From Camelus ferus (taxonomy: Eukaryota): a stretch of DNA of 64,000 nt. A program made the translations under genes and the position numbers. The stretch is taken from contig NC_045717.1 of the NCBI RefSeq assembly GCF_009834535.1, positions 19,716,001 through 19,780,000 on the forward strand, written 5' to 3'. Below, piece by piece: positions 1 through 12,900 of the stretch. How positions within the stretch are numbered: position 1 is the stretch's first letter; every line of letters begins with the position of its first letter. The notes under the pieces were generated by a model that searched no databases, was not told the DNA's origin, and saw only the letters and a program-made list of their open reading frames with translations.

Positions 1-260
1 ACCCGCGCCCAAAGTCCCCGTGCGGGGTGGGGCCGTGTCCCGCGCGCTCCCAACCCCCGCGGCCGCCCACGCACGGACGCACGCACGCACGCAATTAGCC
101 CATCCCCCCGCGCTCGCAGGCATGACCGCGTCGGGCTCCACGCACGCAGCGACCCCCGTCGTGCTTCACGTCACGCACGACGCACGCGCCCCCGCAGCGC
201 GGGGCGGAGCCCTCTGCTCTGAGAGCGATAGGACGCGGGGCAATTTACAACGCCCCCTGA
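1..260. promoter_or_regulatory. Edge of a CpG island / putative enhancer with a CRE-like site and GC box
   Basis: Very CpG-dense. Contains TCACGTCA (= TGACGTGA on minus, ATF/CREB-like) near 165 and GGGGCGGAGC near 200. By recalled synteny it lies on the JUNB side, but JUNB itself is not in the window. Confidence 0.5.
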
Positions 261-269
261 GCACATAAC

Positions 270-1175
270 CGCCTCCCTTGAGCACGCTGTCTCGTGTGAC
301 TTTGACACCTCCCCAAGGTCACAAACTCTCTGATCCACAGTGTCACGCGGACACAGGATACACCTGCCACACGTTGGCACAAACCTTCACTAGTCCAACC
401 AACCCCCCAGCGAACGCGGGCAGGGTCATGCTGTCACACACGACACACAGGTACATCTATCACATACCATTTCTGGTGGGGACACAGGGCCATCTTCATA
501 CACAGATAGGTGGCATATACAGACACTCCGATAAAGCCACAACATCAAGGTGCACACAGATAAAAGTAAGACACGAAGTAAGACACAAACAGATAAAAGT
601 CTTGGACATCAGGACTCCAGCTATCACACAGCCACTCCTCTCCATGGAGATTGTAGAGGCACAGAGACATAGGAGGGAGACAGACACAGTGGTCATGCTG
701 TCACAGGGACAAATAGGGCACGTGAAGTAAAGTAGGGTCACAGACACCACAAGTCCACACCCAGGGACACCAGATTGTCTTGGGAACATGGACAAACAAA
801 GGGCACACATGACAGGGTCACGCTTTCACAGAAAGATACATGATGGAGAGAAAGTAGGACATGGTCACATTGAAAAACTACCTAAAGCCAGGTTGAGGTA
901 CTGACTGTCATACATTCACTTCTCACACAAACAAGACACAGGGAGACAGACACAAAGCAAGGTCCCATAAAGAGAAGCATGTGCCCTAGGCCCTGACAGC
1001 ACCCAAATCACCAAATCACAGACAGCCTGTTGCATAAATTCCCAGGGCCCCAAGACACACAAAGACACAGGTAGATGCAGACACACAGGCCTGTGCACAC
1101 ACAATCACAGACCCACAGTCTCACACCTACATAAATGTGAACACACTTCACATGGACTCAGAGACATATACACAG
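270..1175. repeat. CA/GA-rich low-complexity tract (cacagaca-like)
   Basis: Repeated acacag/agacac words with a strong A+C skew on +. It explains the T/H/Q-rich ORF 278..730 and the C/V/L-rich minus ORFs. Confidence 0.6.
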
Positions 1176-3479
1176 ACATGGGGAGGGGGTCAGGATGAGA
1201 GTCCTGGCAGAATGTCAGTGTCTGGAGGGCACAGCCTGCCAGAGTTCCTCATGGTATAGGGCCTGGTGTCCTCCGTGAGGCTGTGGTCAGCTCTGGGGGG
1301 AGGGGCACTATCTCCCAATATGTGAACCCAGGGTCCCTATCTCAGCTCTCATGACTGGGTGTCTGTCCAGATGTGAAGGCCAGAGGGGCGGGCGGGGGTC
1401 CAGCTGTAGCCACAGGGAGGGGCTGAGTCACTCGCTTCCCAGCAGTACAGCCCAGGCTGGGCCCAGCTGTTCCTGGAAACCAACAGGAGGGGGTGGGGTC
1501 CCCAAACCAGCTGGGGGCTGCTGGCCCAGACCCGCACTCTCTGTCCTTAATGGAGGCCCCCAGATCATACCCTAAGCTTTGGGGTTCCCTCCACCAAAAA
1601 ATGGGGTTTGAATCCTCCCCCTAAATAAAGGATCCCTGATTCAAAATGAGGGTTTGTGATAACCTCTCATTGTTGAAGGCACAAGTATCCCCCAACAGTG
1701 GGGTTTCCGGAGTCCCATAATAGGGATTGCTGCTCTTCCCTGGCAACGTAGGGAGCCCCCTTCCCTGCAAAATCAGATTCCCTGCCACCCCAAATGGAGG
1801 TTTCTGGCTCCTCCCCCAAAGTGAGGGCACCCAGACCTTCCCTTAAATCTGGGGACTTTTGGGTCCTTGAACATTAATAACACCTATAATATCAGGGTAA
1901 CGTTAAAACAATTCAACTCCATGCTCCAGATATTTTAGTTCCTCCTAAACATCAAGATCTCTGTGGGTTTTGCAAATATTGGGAACCCCACTCCAAATAT
2001 TTGGCGGTCCCAGCATGTCCCCCAACATTGGGCAACTAGACCCTCTCAGAAATATTCCCAACCTCCCATCCTTGTAACAGCCTTAGTTCTGGCTCACCTT
2101 CCACTTCTACCTGGTGGCAGGGTGGCCCCAGTTCCCCCTATTGTCAGCACCCTCTCCTTGGTGGGTGAGGGAATAGGGGACCAGCGGCGGTTGTTCCCAC
2201 GCCCGCTGGAAAGCAGTCCAGTCCGGAAGCCGGCACTACCGGCCCTTGTCCCCTTCCTCCCTACTCCCCCCTATTCTGCTCCCAGGGGATGGAGGCTGAA
2301 AACAACTCGGGAAGGGGATGTGGGTGTGTAGACGAGCCTCCAAGGCCCCTGCGTGCGTGCGGTTTGCGCGTCTGAGTGGGCTGTAACCTGGTGTCTGGTG
2401 CTAGTGATTGTATTCCTACGATGCAGCGGGATGTGCGGGGGTGGGGAGTGGTGGGAGCTGTTGTCATCCAGCCCAACCCTCTCGGGGCAGGGTCGCCGGA
2501 GCCAGACTCGGGGTTGGAGTGAGCAGCTCCTCTCCCCTCAGACCTAGACCCACCTCCAAAACAGAGCCCGCCCCTCCCCCTGGGTACAGCTAATAACCTC
2601 TAATTACTGCTCATTACCTCGCCCGTCCCGCGAGGGAGGGGCTGCCAGGGAACTCAGGCGTCAGAAGGCGCAGGCTGAGGCTTTACCCCCTCCCCTAAAG
2701 TGGGATCCACCCAGAACCTGTGTTTCCTCGCCCGCGAACCGGCAATAAAAAGAGCACTTCCCACCTAGAGTCGGATAGATTTCAACCATCTATATATTAA
2801 AATTGCTTAGCGCAGAGACTGCATACTAGGCACTCTATAAATGGTGAGTGCGATTTTATTAACTAGTATTGTTAACACTTTCTTTTAAGCCCCCTCTACT
2901 GCCCAGACGGGGTCTCAGAGTGGGCCCATCCTTTTCCCGGTAGGCTGCGTTCCTTCGGTCTGGGCGCCCCCTGGTGGGCCGTGGCGACCAGGGCGGCCTG
3001 GTTCTGGATTCTGAGGCAGGAGGAAACGGACGCAGGGCTCGGGGAGGGGAAAGTGCAGGGAAGGCTCAGTGGGAGACACATCCAGGCTAGCCAAATTGTC
3101 TAATTACTCAGGACATATGTCTGGCTGACCCATCGTGCCCTCGTCTTAGAACCACACCCGTAATCTCCTTGTCCACTCCCGGGACAAGACTATCAAATCA
3201 TCCACCAGGAAGACCCCTTTAGTATCCTCCGCCTCCAAGTCCATAGTATATGTTATGGCCTGCTCCTCCCCCGTGCAGATAAAGGCTTCGATCATAATGT
3301 GGCTAGACAGCGGACTTTCTGCTGAAGGGAAGGGAAGAGAATGCGCCTGTATAATAGGGTGGAGCATCTCCGCCTCAGATGGTGAGGAATGATGGTGAGG
3401 TCTCCGCTACCCTCAAAAGAGCCGGACAAGGAGGGGCGGCAGGGTCACCCTTGGAATGCGCAAGGCTGGCCCAGACTGA

Positions 3480-3960
3480 CCCCTAGCGGCAGGGCCGGCG
3501 CCCAACTGCTTCCCGGATCCAAGATGGCGGGACTGAAGGCCTGAGCCGGCGCCAAGAGTAGATCACGTGCCCAGGGCGGGGCCTGCGCCTAGGGGGCGGG
3601 GCGGCGCTCTAGGCCGAACGGGAGGTCGGGGCTGCGGGCGCTCGCTGGTGGCGGATCTGGACGCGGCTGCGGTGGCGGGGCTCCGCGGCCGTGGTCGAAT
3701 CCGATCGGGAGCCATGAGCGTGGACAAGGCCGAGCTATGCGGGTCTCTGCTCACCTGGGTAGGTCGGGGGTGGGGCTAGGGACAGGTGTACGCCCTCTCT
3801 TCTCTCCCGGGAGCCCCGACCTTGGCTCTGTCCACCCCTCTGACCTGGGGCTGGGAGGAGGAAGGGGTCGTCGGCCTGCCAGGCCGTTGGACTCTGGCCT
3901 GAGTACCCGTCCTGTCGCGTGGAAAGAACAGGTGAGGCCCCGCCCCTTCTAGGCTGGGTC
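3480..3960 (+). promoter_or_regulatory. HOOK2: HOOK2 CpG-island promoter
   Basis: CpG island around the ATG at 3714, with YY1-like AAGATGGCGG 3521-3530, E-box CACGTG 3564-3569 and several GGGGCGGGG boxes. Confidence 0.75.
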
Positions 3961-6900
3961 AGGTGGGGAGAGTGCACAGGTGAGCTGGCCTGGTCATGTG
4001 GTGCCTGTGGGGACCAGGTGACTCCTGGGTCTGCCCTGGCCTGGTCGCGCTGCGTTTGTTGGGCAGAGGTACGGTGGGGCCACGCCCCCCTTGGTAGGTC
4101 CAGGTGAGCAGAGGCCACTCCCTCGCGGAATTGGCTTGTTGGAGCAACAGACCAGCCTTCACCTAACCGCGTGAGGTTCCTGCTGACCGGAAAAGTCTGC
4201 AAAAAGGGGAGTGGTTCGGTGGTCCCAGGCTCTGATTCCACCTGTTGCACTTTCCTTTCCCCCCCAGTTGCAGACGTTCCATGTCCCGTCCCCCTGTACC
4301 AGCCCCCAGGACCTGAGCAGTGGCCTCGCAGTAGCCTATGTGCTGAACCAGATGTGAGTGGGGTTGAGGGGGAGGGTCCAAAAAGGGTTCCCCAGCAGCT
4401 CATCCCACCTTCTCGCCCCCAGAGACCCTTCCTGGTTCAACGAGGCGTGGCTCCAGGGCATCTCAGACGACCCAGGTTCCAACTGGAGGCTGAAGGTGAC
4501 AGGTGGACTCATGAATGGGGAGAAAGTGGTGATGAGATGATCAGGGAAGGGTCAGTTAGACCTGTTCTGGGTAACGGACAGACAGACCTGTGTCAGGAAA
4601 AGAGGCAGATGTCTGATGACCAGCCAACTATGTATTTGTTCCTTCATGCTTCTCTTAAGCAGGCCTGAGTTTGCAGCAAGGAATAACACAGACAAAAACC
4701 TGCATACAAAACATAAACATCGACTTCCAATGGCAATAAGTTCTATGAAGACAATAAAAGCTGGGCCATGAGAGAAAGCAACTGGGACTGGATGGGTGGT
4801 GACTCCAGATGGGCTGATCTCCATGTGAGATCTGGAGGAATGGTGTTCCAGACACTGGGAACAGCAAATGCAAAGGCCCTGAGTCGGGAATAAGCGTCGT
4901 GTGATCGAGGAATGGAAGGGAGGTCTGAACAGAAAGCAAGGGGGCAGGAATAGTAGATGAGATCATCAGGGGCCTGGCAGGTTGTGGAGCAGGGAGGTAG
5001 ATTCTATTTTAAGGGCTGTGTAAAGTCAAGGAAGGATTTTAGTAGAGGAAAGACGCAAACCTGGCTTGGGCTTTAAAAAGCTCCCCCTAGCTGCTTGGAG
5101 AGGAATGGAAGGTAGGCAACAAGAGTGGAAACTGAGACAGGGCTGGTGCAATAATCCGGGTGAGAGATGATGATGGCTAGGGTCAAAGGGTAGTGGGGCA
5201 GATAGTGAGACATGATTGGATTCTGGGGACACGTGATTGAGATAGGTGGACAACAAGGGCAGGCAGCCAGACAGGTCACCCCTAGGAAAGGGGACATTCA
5301 GACAGAGAATGGGGCCAAACAGGATGAGATGACCAGAGATTGGGAGGTGAGGCAGAGGAAAGAGGATGGGGTAGACACATTCAAGGTAGGGGCTGCCTGG
5401 CCTCTTCTGGGAGCCTTTGGGACCTGGACACAACTCCTTGCCCCTTCCCAGGTCAGCAATCTGAAGACAATCTTACAGAGCCTGGTAGAGTACTCCCAGG
5501 ATGTGAGTAAATGTAAAGGGATTTAGGGGGTTGGGTTGGAAGGTAGGGGGTCCCTGAGCCCCTGATACCCCTTCCTTCCTCCATCCTCAGGTCCTGGGGC
5601 ATCCCATTTTGGAGCAGCACCTTCCAGACGTGAGCCTCATTGGCGAGTTCTCAGACCCAGAAGAACTTGGCAAGCTGCTTCAACTGGTGTTGGGCTGTGC
5701 CATCAGTTGCGAGAAAAAGCAGGGTATGGAAGGTTAGGGGGTCCCCAGGGGAAGACCTGAGGAAATCATCTTGGTGCCCCCCGCCCCTGTCTCAGTCTCC
5801 CCCACCTTGATCCCCAGAGCACATCCAGAGAATCATGACACTAGAAGAATCAGTTCAGCATGTGGTGATGGAAGCCATCCAGGAGGTAGGTGGGAGGGCC
5901 CAACGTGGCAAGGAGCTTCAGGGGAGGGGACATCTCTAGGGCAGAGGCAGCCAAGCACAGGCTCTGCCCTGGTAAGGTCTAGGCTCTGGAACTCAGCTGG
6001 CCAGATTTCCCTGTCTCATGTGTCTGCCAGCTCCTCCCAGCTCTAAGTCACAACCTAGCGTGCCTAAAGGACCAGGCCTCCCTGGGTGCTAGACACGTGG
6101 GGCAGCCTCTGGGCTGAGGTTATTGGGGAGAACTGGCTTTGGGAATAGAAGGATGGAGAGGTTCTTAGGCTGGACCATAGAAGCCTTGAAGGCTGCCTTC
6201 AGGGGGCCTGCTCATCTTAATGTCTTCCCACCCGCCTCTAGCTCATGACCAAAGACACCTCTGACTCCCTGTCATCGGAGACATATGGGAACTTTGATAG
6301 TCAGGTAAGGGGTGGGATCTTGTTAAAAATCCAACTCATTACTAATTTTCAGAGTTGCCTGAGGAGAAGCTTGATTTTAAGCCTGTAAACCACTCCCATC
6401 CCCCAGGGTCCTAGCCTCTTCCCTTGCTGGGTTCCCAGGGTTCCGAATTGCCTTTCCTCCAGTCCCCTTGGGTCCCAGCCCTCTCTTCTTAGATCATGAG
6501 GGTATCTTGGCTCCCTTCTCTCTGCCCCTAGAGAACCCAGCCTCCCTTCCCCCAGGCTCCTCCCCCAGATCCCCGAGTTTCTTGCCTCTCCCCACCCTCA
6601 CCCCTCCACTCCTCTTATCAGTCCCGCAGGTACTACTTCCTGAGTGAGGAGGCTGACGAGGGGGATGAGCTGCGGCAGCGCTGTCTGGACCTGGAGCGGC
6701 AGGTGGGGCCAAGGTGGGGGTCCATCGGTGCTCCTGGACAGGCTCACCTGCATAACCCACCTTCCAGCTCCAGCTCATATGTATGCCCTGCCCACAGCTG
6801 GTACTCCTGTCAGACGAGAAGCAGAGCCTGGCTCAGGAAAACGCGCTGCTGAGGGAGCGGGTGGGCCGGTCGGAGAGTGAGGGTGCCACTGGCCTCACCA

Positions 6901-9900
6901 CCAAGAAGCTGCTGTTGCTGCAGTCCCAGCTGGAGCAGCTGCAGGAGGAGAACTTCAGGTGTGGTCAGGGGGGACAGGGCCAGCAGGCCAGGGGACTGGG
7001 GCAGACACAGCACCCTCATGTGACACTCCCCCCACCCCCCAGGCTGGAGAGCGGCAGGGAGGATGAGCGTCTGCACTGTGCCGAGCTGGAACGGGAGGTC
7101 ACTGAGCTGCAGCAGCGGAACCAGGCGCTGACCAGCCTGGCCCAGGAGGCGCAGGCCCTGAAGGATGAAATGGATGAGCTTCGGTGAGTGGCAGGTCCTC
7201 ACCGCACACTTCCATTGCCAGAGTGCTCCTCTGCTGCCACAGTACCTCTGTAACCCCAAATTCCTCATGGGCCCCCACAATGCCCCCTAGTCTCCATAGT
7301 ACCCTCCTGAACCGCCCTTCACTATCCTGGAATTCACCATGTCCTGTGGACAAACACCAAACTCCCTGGATCCATGGTGGTGCCCCTGGGGAACCCACGG
7401 TGTCCCCCTGTTATCCCACATAGCATATAGCATTCCTGTGATGCCAGCATGCCCAGCCCCCTTTCCATAATGCTCCCCAGACCTCACTGCAACATTCTGG
7501 GTCCCATCATGCCCCAGGATCCCATGGTGCTTTCCAGAATCCCACAATGCAATAACCTTGACCCCTTGACCCCTCTGTCCCCCCATCACACGACTATCTT
7601 ACAACTCCACAGCATCCCTGCAACCCCAAAGTGCTTGGTGGGCTCCCGTAGCACCAACTCTCAACCTCACTGTGCCTTCTATAGCCTCAAAGCTCCCCTG
7701 TGACCCCACAGCACCCCTGTAATGTTAAAGTGCCTAGTGAGCCCCTGCTATACCTTCAAAGACCCCATAGTGCTCTGCCCCAAAGCCCCCCCATTACCCC
7801 CCCCCCATGATCCCTGCACCCACAATGCCCTTGTTGGTCCCACAGCCACCTCATGACCTGGAAGTGTCCATGGGGGCTCCTCAGACCCTCTGGGCCCCAT
7901 CATTTCCCCCTGTAATCCCACAATCATTTTGTGTCCCCACAATCCCTGAGGATCGCTGATTTTGACCCTGGACTAACCATTGATGCTTAGGGCTCCCTTT
8001 ATGCTCACTAGTGATCCCCCAACACCACCAGGCCCCGCTGATCCCTGACCCTTATCACCTTGAACCCAAACGCCCCAAGGCTGATATGACACCTTCCCCT
8101 TCCCTGAGGACCTCACAACCAAGCTGAACCCTTGAGCAGACCCCCGCCTCCTCTTCCCACTCGCCCCGCCCCCATCCCCAGGCAGTCCTCGGAGCGTGCT
8201 GGGCAGCTGGAGGCCACGCTGAGCAGCTGCCGGCGCCGCCTGGGCGAGCTGCGGGAGTTGCGGCGGCAGGTGCGGCAGCTGGAGGAGCGCAATGCTGGCC
8301 ACGCCGAGCGCACGCGGCAGCTGGAGGATGAGCTGCGCCGGGCCGGCTCCCTGCGCACCCAGCTAGAGGCTCAGCGGCGGCAGGTGCGAGAAGGGGCCTG
8401 GACCTGGACTGGGGTGGGGGCTCCTCCTGGCTCGTCCCGCTGACTTTGGCCCACCCTGGGCTGGGTGCTGAGCCCTTCCACCCAGAGCCCGCTCTTTTAT
8501 ATACAGGCCACGCCCTCGAGGCCGGCCCGCTCCTCTCTAGGCCTTTAAGCCCCGCCCCCTCTCTTAAGCCCCTTCCTCCAAGTTCCTTGCAGCTGGTCCC
8601 TCTGGTCCCATCCTTTCACCTTGTACACCTGCCCCTCCTTCCCACCTTGCTGTCCTCTCCCCTCCCCTCTGTTCAGGTTCAGGAACTGCAGGGCCAGCGG
8701 CAGGAGGAAGCCATGAAAGCCGAGAAATGGCTATTCGAGTGCCGCAATCTGGAGGAAAAGTATGAGTCGGTGACGAAGGAGAAGGAGGTGAGGCTAAGGT
8801 CCCATCGTCCAAGTTCCACCCTGCCCATCATGGCATAGCCCATTCTCCAGGAGGCCGATCCTGCCTCAAGTGGCCTGTTGCACCCTGTCTCTCCAGCGGC
8901 TGTTGGCAGAGCGGGACTCCCTGCGGGAGGCCAATGAGGAGCTGCGCTGCGCCCAGATGCAGCCTCGGGGGCTGACCCAGGCCGGTGAGTTGGAGACCCA
9001 TCCCAGGGGCCTGAGAGCTGGGTGGCCTGGGGACTTACCTGGCCTCGTGTGCTGTTGAGACACACAGAAAAGGCAGTGTCCCAGGGCTTGTCTAGGCTGG
9101 GGGCAGAACTTGGCCACACTGGTGGGAGGTTAGCGTGGAGAAGTGACATGGGCTGACAGAAAGCAAGGGCTGTCCTTCAGGGTTCTGGGTGGGGCAGAGG
9201 CAAATTCAAGTCAAGCATCATGGCTCCCTGATGGCTGAAGTTGAACCCCCAAAGATGCTTCTTGGAAAGGGGACCCTAGGGATGGGGACAGAAACTGCAG
9301 CCCCTTGAAGACTTTTCTTAAATTCTCCAGACCCCTCACTGGACGCCACCTCACCGGCTGTGGAAAACTTAGCAGCTGAGATCCTACCTGCGGAGCTCAG
9401 GTATCCTGGGGTCACTCAGAGCTCTGGCCTCCCCTTGGCCTGCCAGTGCCCACCCTCAGCCCCGCCCCCAGTGCAGGTACTTACCACTAGCCAGGCCTGC
9501 TCGCCCTGGTTCCCAAGTCCTAAACAGGCTTCTAGGCTCACCCACTCCTCATTCTGCTGTTACATGGCCTGGGCTGTAGCCCTATTGGTGGCTCACCTCT
9601 CCAGGATCCATCCTTAGTACACAAATTAGGTCCAACCCATCTGCCTCCACTCCCCAGGCAAAAATCTTTTGCCCCAGCCTCACCTACATCTGTTCTGCCT
9701 CCAGGACACAGTCCTGTCCTCAATGTATTCCGTGCTAGGTTCAGTGCCCTGTGCCTTGCCCACATGAACTCCCACTCCAGCTTTTCTTATTGAAATGTCT
9801 TGCTTTCCCTCAGTCCCACCTCAGTGTTTTAACCCGCTCCTGCAGCCCCGCCCTTGCCTGGCCCTACTCCTAGACCCAGTTCATGGCTCCGCCCACTTTG

Positions 9901-12900
9901 CCCCTAGGCACAATCCCCAGTACTGTAATCCTACCCCAGGGTCTGTCTGGGCTCTTCCCCAGGGCTCTGTCCCTCTCCTAGCCCCCTCTGCCAGTCACCC
10001 TGCCGGAGCCTGGGAAGGCCTGAGGGGTGACCCATCCCCAGCCCTGCTCCATCCTTCTCTTTCGGCAGGGAGACACTCCTGCGGCTTCAGCTGGAGAACA
10101 AGCGCCTGTGCCAGCAGGAGGCGGCCGATCGGGAGCGGCAGGAGGAGCTGCAGCGCCACCTGGAGGAGGCCAACCGTGCGCGCCACGGGCTGGAGACGCA
10201 GCACCGGTGAGGACCTACCTGGCGGTGCCCCAAGCGAGCCGATGTGGGCTGAGGGCGGGCGCAAGCACTGAGCGGGCCCCCCACCCCCGCAGGCTGAACC
10301 AGCAGCAGCTGTCGGAGCTGCGGGCCCAGGTGGAGGACCTGCAGAAGGCCCTGCAGGAGCAGGGGGGCAAGACTGAGGACGTGAGTGCCCACCTCCTCCC
10401 TGCCTGGCCCTCCCTTGCGTCCCCCAGTAACCCTCCTCTCTCTCCCCTCTGCTGCCCGATGCCCCGTGAAGTCCATTGTAAGTACCTTGGGCCCAGGGTG
10501 ACACCCCCTACCCTCACCCCTGGAAGAGTTTTGGACCTCTGGACCACCTACTCACCCAGTGCCTCTTTTCTCCTCCAGTCAACACTGCTGAAGAGGAAGC
10601 TGGAGGAACATCTGTAAGTCCCAGGGGGAGGGCACTCCTGGTGGGGAAAAAGGCTGAGGCAAAGGTTTGGGGATGGATTTGGCGTCGATGGGGAATATGT
10701 TTATGAGGGAGTCAGCCGAAACACAGACAGATGGGTCAGATCAAGTGGGGTCTTATAGACCAAGGAAAGGAGTATGGACTGCTTGAGAGAAACTCTGGGG
10801 ATAGTCACAGAGGGAATTCAACAGGGTTGTGTGACAAACTGATAGTCATTTACTTTTTGCATTGTTAAAAAAGAAACTTTTAAATAGCTATCACATTTAT
10901 AGTTTAAATACCAAAATTTATACCAAGCTATACAGGAAGAAAGGGTATACTTCTCAGTGCCCCCCTTATTGACTCAGTTTCCACTCCATTCCTATTTATT
11001 ATGGAAATCTTTCCAGAGTTTTCAAAGCAAATGCAAATGAATATGAATATAGGTTTTTATTCTTATTCCTGTTTATACAAAAGGTAGCATAATATGTGCT
11101 ACTTTGCACTTTGCTTTCCCTACTTAATAAGATAACTGGGGAAATTTCTCCATATGAATAAATATAGGGAATCCTTATTATTTTTTTTTAAATATAGCAG
11201 CCTTTGTCAACAGAGATTCCACAGGGAAACTAGGCTTTACAGAAAATTATTTTCATGACTTTTCTCAGTTCTGCCAAGGATGGAATGTAGCTAGTGCCGA
11301 CCCAGGGCACAGAAAGTTATTTCCTTACAGAGGATGGATGCCTGGAGGCATTTGGCTTTAATTCTCCTGTAGAATTCTGGTCCAGAAGGGCTGGCCTATA
11401 GCATTTTTTGTAATATCATAATGTGTTCAAGTCATTCATTCTAGGTATTTGCAATTTCAAACAATGCAACAGAGTAAAACCTTGTATATGAATCATTTCA
11501 CTTGCATGCAAATATATCACAAAAATGGACTGGGTGACTCAGAGGGTAGATGTTTTTGTAGTTTTAGTAGTCATAGCCAAAGGTTTGCTATTAGATGTTA
11601 CACCACATTCCACGTCCAACACATGATAATAGTCTCGTCTAGAAGGAGTGTTATATCTTTGGGGGTTTTGCCACCAGCAGCAGAACTGTAAAGTACTAGC
11701 TTGCATTTTCTTTTGTTATAAGAGACTTGCACTCTAGAAAGATCCTTGGCTGCAGGGTCGAGAATGGAACTGAGGAGTTGAGAGTAAGAAGAGGCTGGCG
11801 AAGGATGATGGTGCCTGGACCACTGTGTGGGCTGTGGAATGGGGAGAAGTGGACAGATTGAGGGGCTGGTCCAGGGACCACCTGATGAGGGGAGTGGAGG
11901 GCTGTGGCTCTGATGACTGAGGGGATGGCGAGGCCAGGGCACACAGCCCCCCAGCTTGAAGTCAGGCAGAGAGGTCTGCAGGGACACTTCTGGCCATCTG
12001 GCAAGGCTGTGGCCACCACTGAGATGAAGATAAGTGGGCACAGAGGTCAGGCTGCAGCTATTTGTACCCTGCCCACAGGCAGAAGCTGCACGAGGCAGAT
12101 TTGGAGCTGCAGCGGAAGCGCGAATACATCGAGGAGCTGGAGCCTCCTGCAGACAGCAGCAGTGAGTGGACTCAGAGGCTGGATGGGTTGGGGGGAGCCC
12201 TGAGCTTGGTGTGGAGCTGAGGGGCCACCTTGTTCCCCTAGCAGCCCGGCGTATTGAGGAGCTGCAGCACAGCCTGCAGAAGAAGGACGCAGACTTGCGG
12301 GCCATGGAGGAGCGGTACCGCCGCTACGTGGACAAGGCACGCACGGTGAGGATGCTAGGTGCCCCACTGGCCTCCTGCTGAAGTTACTGCTTCCCATCGG
12401 TTCCTACCTCCTACCAGGTGGCAGTTCTCTGCCCCCTACCCCCACACCTGTCATACCTTATCACATCACAGACTTCTACAACCTGGCCTGTGAGGCCAAG
12501 CTCTCCGTGACTGTGTCTTCTCCAAACCCTAGGTCATACAGACCCTGGAACCCAAGCAGCGGCTGCCTGGGGGGGGTCCCCCAGAACTCCATGCCCTGAG
12601 GACACAACTCCAGGAGCGGGATGTCCACATCCGGCACTTAGAGGTGAGTGTCCTTATACCTTCTCACTGCTCCCAGCACATCCAGACCCTTGACTATTGC
12701 CTCTTTAGCAGATGGACTTTGAGAAGAGTCGAAGTCAGCGGGAGCAGGAAGAAAAGCTGCTCATCAGTGCCTGGTATAATATGGTGAGTGCACCATCACC
12801 ATGTTGAAGAACTGGGGGGTCCTGTGGGCTCACCTGACCCTAACTATGCCCTTCCCTCCAGGGCATGGCTCTGCAGCAGCGAGCTGGGGAAGAGCGGGCA

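Noticed and set aside
278-730. 150-aa ORF rich in T/H/Q
   Set aside because: A by-product of the CA/GA low-complexity tract, with no recognisable domain or gene structure.
1424-1430. AP-1 site TGAGTCA near the presumed JUNB side
   Set aside because: Several copies of a 7-mer are expected by chance in 64 kb, so a single site is not supportable without conservation data.
1993-2004. Palindrome CCAAATATTTGG resembling a CArG box
   Set aside because: It has eight A/T bases between CC and GG rather than the six required for SRF.
3146-3367. 73-aa minus-strand ORF with protein-like composition (…MDLEAEDTKGVFLVDDLIVLS…)
   Set aside because: Short, with no family I recognise and no splice or polyA support. 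A BLAST or PhyloCSF hit would be needed.
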